Below, one piece after another: positions 16,710 to 24,000 of a stretch of DNA of 24,000 bases (within the stretch, counting starts at the first letter, position 1; every line of letters begins with the position of its first letter). The stretch is from Candidatus Nanoarchaeia archaeon (GTDB taxonomy: Archaea; Nanobdellota; Nanobdellia; Pacearchaeales; GW2011-AR1), in the NCBI GenBank assembly GCA_028711165.1, contig JAQTST010000001.1, positions 394,986 through 418,985 on the forward strand, given 5' to 3'. Made by a program: the position numbers and the translations under genes. The notes below the pieces were generated by a model. It searched no databases, had not been told where the DNA came from, and saw only the letters and a list, made by a program, of their open reading frames with translations.

Positions 16710-17657
16710 TTACAAAATCAGTTTTTTCTCAAATACATAATAGTATATACTTTTCATTACGGTTAATATTAAAAGAATTATCTCCATAGATGAATCTTTC
16801 TCTATCTTCCATAATTCTAATATAGTCTTTTGAACTTTATGAGAATCTGGATTTCTGAAAGATCCAATAAAATGACACATTATTCGATGTTCTGATAAAA
16901 TTATTAAATTTTTTTTTGATGCAAGAACATCAGCAACTTCTCCAATCCCATTACTATTCTCTAAATTTATATTTTTATCCTTACCTATCCTTCTTAGAAA
17001 AGATTCAAATGCCCCCGCGGCATCATCTATAGAGAGATTTATTAATGAGTCGGATAATAATTTTCTTTCTGGGTCTGTGATATAATTAAATCCTCCTTGT
17101 CCAAGTTTTTCTGAAATAAAAATTTGAGATTCAAAATTATTATTTATTTTTGAGATTAGACTATTAATATATTCTATATTTGGTTTCGAATTTGAAAATA
17201 ACATTGTCAATGAATCTTTTGAAAGCCCAGTTAATCCAAGATATTTACAAAAATTTGTAAAAGTTTTAATGATTATTTTTTCATTAGAAGAATTCAAATC
17301 AAATACAACTTTAGTTTTTCTAACTGAATCTTCAATTAAGTTATCTTTTAAAATATAATCGGCTAACAAAATAAATGGCTTATAATTTAGAAGAGCTTCT
17401 CGAAATAAAATTTGAAAATTGCTTCTAAATTTTGGAAGAAGTAATGCACAATATTGGGATAAAAAAATTTTTTCATCTTTCTCTTCAAATAATCCTAACT
17501 GAATCCCCATAATTATCGCTCTTTTTGTATATTGTGAAGTTCTGTCAATATAACTTGCTAAATAATCAATATTTCCTTCTTTTTTTGATAAAGCTTCAAT
17601 ACAAGAAACTATTGCTTCGGCAGTAATTTCAGGAATTACTTGCTCTTCCATCTTCAC
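16710..17657 (-). CDS. Uncharacterised protein with wHTH-like N-terminus and HEPN-like C-terminal motif
   Basis: C-terminal helical region contains HFIGSFRNPDSHKV. R268-N-x3-H273 matches the HEPN R-[N/D/H]-x3-H signature. Confidence 0.7.
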   Translation of the reverse strand: MKMEEQVIPEITAEAIVSCIEALSKKEGNIDYLASYIDRTSQYTKRAIIMGIQLGLFEEKDEKIFLSQYCALLLPKFRSNFQILFREALLNYKPFILLADYILKDNLIEDSVRKTKVVFDLNSSNEKIIIKTFTNFCKYLGLTGLSKDSLTMLFSNSKPNIEYINSLISKINNNFESQIFISEKLGQGGFNYITDPERKLLSDSLINLSIDDAAGAFESFLRRIGKDKNINLENSNGIGEVADVLASKKNLIILSEHRIMCHFIGSFRNPDSHKVQKTILELWKIEKDSSMEIILLILTVMKSIYYYVFEKKLIL

Positions 17658-18495
17658 CTAAAGACTTCAATTCTTTTATTAATTCAGCTACCTTCTTAGA
17701 AATTATGATTACATCTGACTTTTCATCTATCTCTAAATTAATATTAAAAATAAAGGGATAATTTGATTTCAATAAATCAGGCAATTTAATTTGCGTAGAA
17801 GTTGGAGATATTTCATTTTTCTCGATAGCTAAATTTTTAACATTCTTATTTTCTTGAATGGATTTTATTTCTTCTGATTTTAATGATAAATTGGAATCAC
17901 TAAGTTTATATTTTTTTGTTGTTTCATCAAATTCTAGAATATTAGCATATTCCAGATAAGTTATAAGTTGAGATAATGCTGTTTGATGATAAGTTTTATC
18001 TGCTTCGCAATACTTCCCTAAACTGCTAATGAGTTCTTCCTCATTCATTTCTGGTTGTAATTTAAATAATTTTAAAGTATATTCTCCAAACCAGGTTGGC
18101 AATATAATTTTTTTAAAGAATTCTCCAGCCCCTTCAGAGTTCCATTCTAATTCATTACAAAATTCTATAGTTTCTTTAGTAGGTAAATAAGTATAATTCT
18201 TTTCTGCAATTAACATATTTATTTTTTGAAAAAAAGCAAGAGCCCCACTAACTATTGTAAAATGCATGCCTGTAATTGGTGCTACATCCTTAGCAGAAAC
18301 AGGATTTTTTCCTTTATTACTTGAAATATTTAATGCCTTAAGTATTTTAATTTGTTTTTCTACAGATGATCTTCCATCTGGAAGTGGAAACTTAGTATCT
18401 CTAGATTGACGAGTTCTTTTGTTTTCATTAATAACCTCTTCTTTTTTTTCTTCAGAAATATTCTCAATTTCATTAGGTTCTAAATTTTCTAACAT
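17629..18495 (-). CDS. Uncharacterised protein with two wHTH-like repeats
   Basis: Helix-turn-helix-like VSAKDVAPITGMHFTIVSGALAFFQKINMLI...YLPT and YHQTALSQLITYLEYANILEFDETTKKYKLS. Overlaps the downstream gene by 29 nt. Confidence 0.7.
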   Translation of the reverse strand: MLENLEPNEIENISEEKKEEVINENKRTRQSRDTKFPLPDGRSSVEKQIKILKALNISSNKGKNPVSAKDVAPITGMHFTIVSGALAFFQKINMLIAEKNYTYLPTKETIEFCNELEWNSEGAGEFFKKIILPTWFGEYTLKLFKLQPEMNEEELISSLGKYCEADKTYHQTALSQLITYLEYANILEFDETTKKYKLSDSNLSLKSEEIKSIQENKNVKNLAIEKNEISPTSTQIKLPDLLKSNYPFIFNINLEIDEKSDVIIISKKVAELIKELKSLGEDGRASNS

Positions 18496-18548
18496 ATAAA
18501 TTTATATAAAAAATATCTCTTTTTAAGAATTATTGCCTCTAATCACTT

Positions 18549-18612
18549 ATATTCTTCGTATGCAACTCATTTCATTCGCTTCCTGTCTTCATATTCTTCG
18601 TATGTAACTCAT
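18549..18612. repeat. Two 22-nt direct repeat copies, offset 42 nt (18549-18570 and 18591-18612)
   Basis: atattcttcgtatgcaactcat versus atattcttcgtatgtaactcat; 21/22 identical. Confidence 0.8.
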
Positions 18613-21157
18613 GCATCCTCTTTAGAAATGCCTGCTTGTCCTCTATCTTGATTAAATCGCTTTGTCCTTCAAGAAGAATTCCGATGGCGAACGGAGATGG
18701 GACATCGACGTCCCTGATTTTTAATTTTACTCTTCCCTCTGATATCCACTGAAGAATAATTTTAGCATTTTCAATGTCCATTAAATCTTCAAGCACTTCT
18801 CTTCTTGCTTCGCGGAGGATTGGAAATTCAGACGAGATTTTTCTGACAGCAGCGAGGACAAAATGGCTTTTCATATTCTGCTTTCCGACGCTTCTTTTTA
18901 CTCCCTTGTAAGTTCTCAAAATCATCAGCGAACGGCTGGCACAATGCCTGAACCTTCTCGCGAGAACATCTGTCTTTTCAATTGCCTCTTTCAAAACTTC
19001 CTCTAAATTTTCCGGCTTGATAAAATTCATAACTTTCTCTATATTCATTTTTTCCCCTGCGATGTAAAAACTATTATCATTTATTCCAAGTTCAATATCT
19101 CTGCCTCCTCCTCTTCCCAAAAGAAAACCAATTGCCCTCGACAAAGCGTCATTGACTCTTCTTCCGTACATAGAATGAAAAATAAGATAATTCTTCTGCG
19201 ACTTGTATCTCTCAACCAAAAGAATGCTAGAATTTGGAATCTCAAGAAAGTTATGCTGTTCCTTGAAATAATTGTAAATCGCTTCTGCTGTAGAATCCTC
19301 GACGTAAAGTGTTTCTTTAATCAAACTTATAATTTCTGATTTCTTTGCTTTGCTCTTAAATTTCTCACTCATTAAACTTCTGAACTTATTAATCTCCATC
19401 GCAGAATCGAAACTCAACGGCAGCATTTCTGAAAACCACGACGGGATAGTCGGAGAACGCTGAATATCTGCCTTGACATAAACATTCATTCCTTTAGTAT
19501 ACATGTAAAGATATTTTTTTCCTCCTAAAACAAATACGTCTCCTTTTTTCATTCTCTCCAAAAATCCTTCATCAATTGCACCAACTGGCTCTCCTGACGG
19601 CGCAATCTTCACAGTTATGAAAGACTCGTCAGGAATTGTTCCGATGTTTGTAAGATACATGACTCTCGCCATTTTTCCTTTTTTACCAATCTGTTTTGTT
19701 TTTGCATCATACCAAATTTTTGCGTAGACATTAGTTTTCTCGAGAGCATAATCTCCAGCAAGATAACTTATAACGTCGAAGAAATCGTTTCTTGTCAAAT
19801 TTGAATAACAGTAACTTTTCTTCACCAAAGAAAAAAGCTCGTCGATGTCGCAGATTTTATAAATAGCCATCCCAAATATTTGCTGACTCAAAACATCGAG
19901 ACAATTCTTGGGGAAATAAATTCTGTTGATTTTTTTCTCAACCATTTCTTTCTGGATAACAGCGCACTCGACTAAGTCATCTCTTCCTGTAACAATGAAT
20001 CTTCCCTTTGCTGTTTCGTGAAGCTTGTGTCCTGCTCTTCCTAATCTCTGCAATGCTCTCGCACTTGATTTCGGACTTCCTAACATTATAACTAAATCAA
20101 TAAAACCAATATCTATCCCCAATTCAAGAGAAGTTGAACAAACAACAACTTTTAATTTTCCGTCTCTCAATCTTTCCTCAATATCAAATCTTGAAGTCTT
20201 GCTCAAAGAAGAATGATGTGCTGCAATATTATCGTCGCCGTATTCTGTCGGGAAATTATCTTTCAAATGATTTACAACCCGCTCTGTCGCAGAACGCGTG
20301 TTCGTGAAAATCAAAGTTGTCTTGTGCTCTTTTATCAGAGAGTCAACCAGACTATACATATTATTTCCAAAAGTCAATTCGCTGATTAAATCTCCGATAG
20401 TTAAAAGTTGAACATCTAACTTTTTTGTTAGTTTTACTTCTGCTATGAAAACTTCTCTTTCTTTATCTATTCCGACGAGGAATTTTGCAACTTCATCCAG
20501 CGGAGCAATCGTAGCGCTCAATCCAATTTTTACTGGCCAGATTAAACTAACTTCGTTCAGTCTTTCCAATGTCAAACTCAGGTAAACTCCTCTTTTATTG
20601 TCAAGAGCATGAATCTCGTCGACGATGCAGAACTCAACTGCTTTCATGTAATCAACAAACTTTTTCGTTGTCAGAATTATTGCGAGCGATTCAGGAGTCG
20701 TAACTAAAATGTGCGGGGCTTTCCTTGCCATCTTTGCTCGTTCAGAAGTTGTTGTGTCACCTGTCCTCAAACCAACACGAATTTTCTGAAGCTTGATATT
20801 TTTCTCTTCGGCAATCTTGTAAATCTCTTCAAGAGGTTCAATCAAATTTTTGTGAATATCATTGCTAAGTGCTTTCAGGGGAGAAGTATAAACTGCATAA
20901 ATCTTTTCTTCAAGCTGGTTTTTTTCTGCGAGCATGATGAGATAATTAATTATCGCAAGGAAAGATGTCAGAGTTTTCGAACTTCCTGTCGGCGCTGAGA
21001 TAAGAATATTTTTCCTTTCCCAGACATTGAGAACTCCGTACCTCTGAGTAATAGAGAAATCCTTGAATTTTGAAAAAAACCATTCCTTAACAAGAGGATG
21101 AAGCATTTTTTCTATCTCTTTGCCTTCTCTTTCTTCTGCCTGTAAAATTTCTGTCAT
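18572..21157 (-). CDS. ATP-dependent helicase, Lhr-like superfamily 2
   Basis: ISAPTGSSKTLTSFLAIINYL Walker A, DEIHAL (DExH), KIGLSATIAP, TLIFTNTRSATERV, GSPKSSARALQRLGRAGHKL, plus a winged-helix/Lhr-type C-terminal region. Confidence 0.92.
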   Translation of the reverse strand: MTEILQAEEREGKEIEKMLHPLVKEWFFSKFKDFSITQRYGVLNVWERKNILISAPTGSSKTLTSFLAIINYLIMLAEKNQLEEKIYAVYTSPLKALSNDIHKNLIEPLEEIYKIAEEKNIKLQKIRVGLRTGDTTTSERAKMARKAPHILVTTPESLAIILTTKKFVDYMKAVEFCIVDEIHALDNKRGVYLSLTLERLNEVSLIWPVKIGLSATIAPLDEVAKFLVGIDKEREVFIAEVKLTKKLDVQLLTIGDLISELTFGNNMYSLVDSLIKEHKTTLIFTNTRSATERVVNHLKDNFPTEYGDDNIAAHHSSLSKTSRFDIEERLRDGKLKVVVCSTSLELGIDIGFIDLVIMLGSPKSSARALQRLGRAGHKLHETAKGRFIVTGRDDLVECAVIQKEMVEKKINRIYFPKNCLDVLSQQIFGMAIYKICDIDELFSLVKKSYCYSNLTRNDFFDVISYLAGDYALEKTNVYAKIWYDAKTKQIGKKGKMARVMYLTNIGTIPDESFITVKIAPSGEPVGAIDEGFLERMKKGDVFVLGGKKYLYMYTKGMNVYVKADIQRSPTIPSWFSEMLPLSFDSAMEINKFRSLMSEKFKSKAKKSEIISLIKETLYVEDSTAEAIYNYFKEQHNFLEIPNSSILLVERYKSQKNYLIFHSMYGRRVNDALSRAIGFLLGRGGGRDIELGINDNSFYIAGEKMNIEKVMNFIKPENLEEVLKEAIEKTDVLARRFRHCASRSLMILRTYKGVKRSVGKQNMKSHFVLAAVRKISSEFPILREARREVLEDLMDIENAKIILQWISEGRVKLKIRDVDVPSPFAIGILLEGQSDLIKIEDKQAFLKRMHELHTKNMKTGSE

Positions 21158-21204
21158 ATTATTAAATTTAGATAATTTTTATAATGTAGAAGTGATACTA
21201 AACG

Positions 21205-21212
21205 TTTATAAA
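21205..21212 (+). promoter_or_regulatory. TATA box of the ArsR-ISC operon
   Basis: TTTATAAA with start codon 21234 about 25 nt downstream. Confidence 0.6.
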
Positions 21213-21215
21213 TCT

Positions 21216-21235
21216 ATATGAAATATAATTCATAT
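21216..21235. promoter_or_regulatory. Candidate operator inverted repeat
   Basis: ATATGAA-atataa-TTCATAT, perfect 7-nt arms, between the TATA box and the start codon of the ArsR-like gene. Confidence 0.6.
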
Positions 21236-21554
21236 GAATAAGAAGCCATGCAAAGAAAGTTATAATATTTTTTTTACGAATCTTGCAAATCCCCTGAAAA
21301 TTGGAATAATTCTTTCTCTGAGAGAAAACAGGAAAAATGTAACTGAACTCACCAGAGAACTTGGGGTTGAGCAGAGCAAAATTTCACACGCGCTGAAATG
21401 CCTTAAAGAATGCAAAATTGTCGAGGCAAAAGCCGACGGGAAATCAAGAGTTTATTCATTGAATCGGGAAACAATTTTGCCGATGCTGGAACTTATTGAC
21501 AAGCACGCTTCTGTTCACTGCAAAAATAAATGCTGTTTTAATAGTGAAAAATGA
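21234..21554 (+). CDS. ArsR-family winged-helix transcriptional regulator
   Basis: LANPLKIGIILSLRENRKNVTELTRELGVEQSKISHALKCLKECKIVEAKADGKSRVYSLN is a canonical ArsR wHTH. C-terminal CKNKCC. Confidence 0.9.
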   Translation: MNKKPCKESYNIFFTNLANPLKIGIILSLRENRKNVTELTRELGVEQSKISHALKCLKECKIVEAKADGKSRVYSLNRETILPMLELIDKHASVHCKNKCCFNSEK

Positions 21555-22702
21555 AAACAATTTATTTAGACAATGCTGCAACAACGCGAGTTGACGACGA
21601 TGTTTTGAAAGAGATGATTCCTTACTTTACTGAAAAATACGGGAACGCTTCTTCAATGCACTTCAAAGGACAGGAGGCAAAGTTTGCGATGGAAAAAGCC
21701 AGAAAAATAATTGCAAAAGAAATCGGTGCCAAGCCAGAAGAAATAATTTTCACGTCGGGAGGAACAGAAGCAAACAATCTTACGCTTAAGGGTTTGTTTT
21801 TCTGGAACAAAGAAAATGAAACAGGAAGAAATCATATTATAACGACGAGGATTGAGCATGACTGCATTTTGAATACCTGCAAATGGCTTGAAAGACAAGG
21901 TGCAAAAATAACTTATCTCGACGTCGACGCTGAAGGTTTCATTAATCTGAATGAACTCGAAGATTCGATAACTGACAAGACAATTGTTGTTTCTGTAATC
22001 CACGGGAATAATGAAATAGGAGTTATTCAGGATTTGGAATCTATCGGGAAAATTTGCAGGGCTAAAAATGTTTTGTTCCACACTGACGCGTGCCAGAGTT
22101 TTACCAAGACTTTCCTTGATGTCCGAAGACAAAATCTTGATTTTGTGACTCTGAATGCCCATAAGATTCACGGGCCGAAAGGGGTTGGGGCTTTGTATAT
22201 TCGTGAAGGAATTAAAATAACTCCGACGATGCACGGGGGCGGACACGAGAGAAAAATAAGAAGCGGAACAGAAAATGTTTCTGGAATTGTCGGGTTTGGG
22301 AAAGCTGTTGAAATCGCAAAGAAAAAAGATGTCGAGAAAATGATTAGACTAAGAGATAAAATTATCGACGGTATTTTGAGAATTCCTAACACGAGATTAA
22401 ATGGTTCGAGAGAAAAAAGACTTTGCAATAATGTAAATATTTCTTTCAATAATATCGAGGGAGAATCTATTGGCGGTTATCTTGAAACTTTTGGAATCTG
22501 CACGTCGACAGGAAGTGCCTGCGCGTCGCACTCATTAGAAACAAGTCATGTCCTGAAAGCAATTGGTTTGCTTCCTGTTCAGGCAAACAGCACCTTGAGA
22601 ATTTCAATCAGCAAATATACAACAGAAGAAGAAGTAAATTATTTATTAGAGAAACTTGTTCCTGTTGTGGAAAAGTTAAGAAAAATGTCCCCTATAAAAT
22701 AA
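21551..22702 (+). CDS. iscS: Cysteine desulfurase, NifS/IscS class
   Basis: IYLDNAATTRVDDDVL, TSGGTEANNL, HTDACQSF, LNAHKIHGPKGVGALY and STGSACASHSLETSHVLKA motifs. Confidence 0.95.
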   Translation: MKTIYLDNAATTRVDDDVLKEMIPYFTEKYGNASSMHFKGQEAKFAMEKARKIIAKEIGAKPEEIIFTSGGTEANNLTLKGLFFWNKENETGRNHIITTRIEHDCILNTCKWLERQGAKITYLDVDAEGFINLNELEDSITDKTIVVSVIHGNNEIGVIQDLESIGKICRAKNVLFHTDACQSFTKTFLDVRRQNLDFVTLNAHKIHGPKGVGALYIREGIKITPTMHGGGHERKIRSGTENVSGIVGFGKAVEIAKKKDVEKMIRLRDKIIDGILRIPNTRLNGSREKRLCNNVNISFNNIEGESIGGYLETFGICTSTGSACASHSLETSHVLKAIGLLPVQANSTLRISISKYTTEEEVNYLLEKLVPVVEKLRKMSPIK

Positions 22703-22769
22703 AATGACATTTATCATTCATTCAACAAAGTTAAATGAAAGGAGGATGAGTCCTATTCAGTAATTTATA

Positions 22770-22898
22770 ATGAAACCAAAAGCAAAAAAGTTCAAAGCCC
22801 ACGCATGTGCTTTCAGGAATGAAGCAGAATGCGAAGAAGATTTGGAAGAAGCTGGTTCCAACTTAGACGAGGCTGAGGACGAATTTTTCGACGATTGA
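22770..22898 (+). CDS. 42-aa acidic Cys-containing small protein (absent from the ORF track)
   Basis: MKPKAKKFKAHACAFRNEAECEEDLEEAGSNLDEAEDEFFDD, within the ISC-like operon. Confidence 0.55.
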   Translation: MKPKAKKFKAHACAFRNEAECEEDLEEAGSNLDEAEDEFFDD

Positions 22899-22902
22899 TA
22901 AA

Positions 22903-23139
22903 ATGAAAAAAATAACAACAAAGAAAAAAGTAAATGGAATTACGAAGAATATGACATTCGCAGAAATACTTGAAAAGCATCCTGAAGCGGGGAATGTTCT
23001 ATTTGAAAGTGGGTTGCATTGCATTGGTTGTGGCGGAGCAATGTATGAAACAATTGAACAAGGTTGCATGATGCACGGAATGGGAAAAAAGGAAATTGAT
23101 GATTTAATTAAAAAATTGAATGGAGGAAAAGGGAAATGA
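22903..23139 (+). CDS. DUF1858-type putative redox-disulfide/metal-binding small protein
   Basis: MTFAEILEKHPEAGNVLFESGLHCIGCGGAMYETIEQGCMMHGM matches the DUF1858 pattern with CxxC. Confidence 0.85.
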   Translation: MKKITTKKKVNGITKNMTFAEILEKHPEAGNVLFESGLHCIGCGGAMYETIEQGCMMHGMGKKEIDDLIKKLNGGKGK

Positions 23140-23387
23140 AAGTTAAAGAAAAAACTGAAGAAATGCCCGAGGGATTTAAATTAATAATAAAATGGATTTT
23201 CTTAGTTGTTGGTGTTCCCGGATTAGTAGAAATATTTTTGAGAGCATCAATTCAGCAGAGTTTTGAAACGATGACTTCTGGTTGGCAAATTTTTATAGTA
23301 ATTATGTTAATTATAATATTTGTAGTTTATGAAGTTCTTTCAATTAAATATTTAGTAGAAAAAACTAAAGATTATTTTAATTTATAA
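23136..23387 (+). CDS. Small two-TM membrane protein of unknown function
   Basis: Two hydrophobic segments (LIIKWIFLVVGVPGLVEIFL; IFIVIMLIIIFVVYEVLS). 4-nt overlap with the upstream gene. Confidence 0.7.
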   Translation: MKVKEKTEEMPEGFKLIIKWIFLVVGVPGLVEIFLRASIQQSFETMTSGWQIFIVIMLIIIFVVYEVLSIKYLVEKTKDYFNL

Positions 23388-23388
23388 A

Positions 23389-23787
23389 ATGACAACCATA
23401 ACATATTCAAAAAAAGTTATCAAGGAATTTACTAACCCGAAAAACATGGGCGAGATAAAAGATGCCGACGGGATTGGCAAGGTTGGAAATCCTGTCTGCG
23501 GTGATGTGATGTGGCTTTACATTAAAGTCGGAAAAAATAAAACAGGGAAAGAAATTATTACAGATATCAAATTCAAGACATTTGGCTGTGCTGCTGCGAT
23601 TGCGACATCGTCGATGATAACACAACTTGCAAAAGGCAAGACACTCGCCGAAGCTGAGAAAATAACGAGAAGTGACGTCGCTGAATCTCTGAAAGGACTT
23701 CCCCAAGTTAAAATGCACTGTTCTAATCTTGCGAGTGAAGCACTAAAAAAAGCGATTGAAGATTACAGAGAGAAGAGAAATAATTGA
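23389..23787 (+). CDS. iscU: Iron-sulfur cluster scaffold protein, IscU/NifU-N family
   Basis: GNPVCGDVMWLYIKV, KTFGCAAAIATSSM and LPQVKMHCSNLASEAL carry the three conserved Cys motifs. Confidence 0.93.
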   Translation: MTTITYSKKVIKEFTNPKNMGEIKDADGIGKVGNPVCGDVMWLYIKVGKNKTGKEIITDIKFKTFGCAAAIATSSMITQLAKGKTLAEAEKITRSDVAESLKGLPQVKMHCSNLASEALKKAIEDYREKRNN

Positions 23788-23882
23788 TTTCCATACTTTT
23801 ATAAACCGCGATTTCTCTGCACTTGTATAAGAAAACGATTATTGGATAGCGAGTTCCCACATACGAAAATAACTATAGACAG

Positions 23883-23921
23883 GGTATTTGCTATAGATTA
23901 TAACATTTCTTGTTAGAAATA
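23883..23921 (+). other. Stem-loop in the intergenic region upstream of a DEAD-box-like gene
   Basis: GGTATTT(23883-23889)/AAATACC(23915-23921) continues into TTAAC(23898-23902)/GTTAG(23910-23914), with a one-sided 8-nt bulge GCTATAGA. Confidence 0.5.
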
Positions 23922-23956
23922 CCAAAACGAAAGTAAATAAGTATTAGAAAAAAACA

Positions 23957-24000
23957 ATGCAACAATTTGAAAAACTTGGATTAAGCAAAGAAGTACTTTT
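23957..24000 (+). CDS. 5' end of a probable DEAD-box RNA helicase, truncated by the window
   Basis: MQQFEKLGLSKEVL resembles the Q-motif-proximal start of DEAD-box helicases. Only 14 codons are visible. Confidence 0.4.
   Translation, partial: MQQFEKLGLSKEVL

Noticed and set aside
18549-18612. Possible CRISPR or transposon-end repeat
   Set aside because: Only two copies of 22 nt with one copy inside coding sequence; no third unit, no target-site duplication, no transposase or Cas gene nearby.
21653-22246. 197-aa minus-strand ORF opposite iscS
   Set aside because: Complete overlap with a highly conserved cysteine desulfurase frame.

Overview
This is a gene-dense, AT-rich archaeal window. TATA/box-A promoters, Rpo7/Spt4/eS24/eS31 genes, BHB-type tRNA introns and a class III pilin signal all support this; a DPANN-like lineage is my inference only. 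Most of it is core genome: a U32/TrhP-like protein, hisS, Dph6-like, scpA, rpo7-spt4-eS24-eS31, PIN-domain proteins, a DisA-type diadenylate cyclase, an MFS transporter, a metallophosphoesterase, an Lhr-like helicase, and an ISC-like operon (ArsR, IscS, small proteins, IscU). I identified three tRNA genes. tRNA-His(GTG) has an encoded G-1:C73 and lies 17 nt upstream of an LMW-PTP-like gene that overlaps hisS. tRNA-Trp(CCA) has a 41-nt intron and tRNA-Arg(GCG) has a 73-nt intron, both at position 37/38. Two features are missing from the ORF track: a 58-aa membrane protein with a strong Shine-Dalgarno (16089..16265) and a 42-aa acidic Cys protein inside the ISC operon (22770..22898). The best candidates for something undescribed are: (1) a two-gene module at 16710..18495, one protein of which carries a HEPN-like R-N-x3-H motif; (2) a TATA-preceded structured RNA candidate at about 6957..7030 with two mutually exclusive pairings; (3) uncharacterised small proteins in the ISC operon, whose operator overlaps a predicted leaderless start; (4) a structured leader upstream of a truncated helicase-like gene at the right edge. 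I see no CRISPR array or convincing mobile element.
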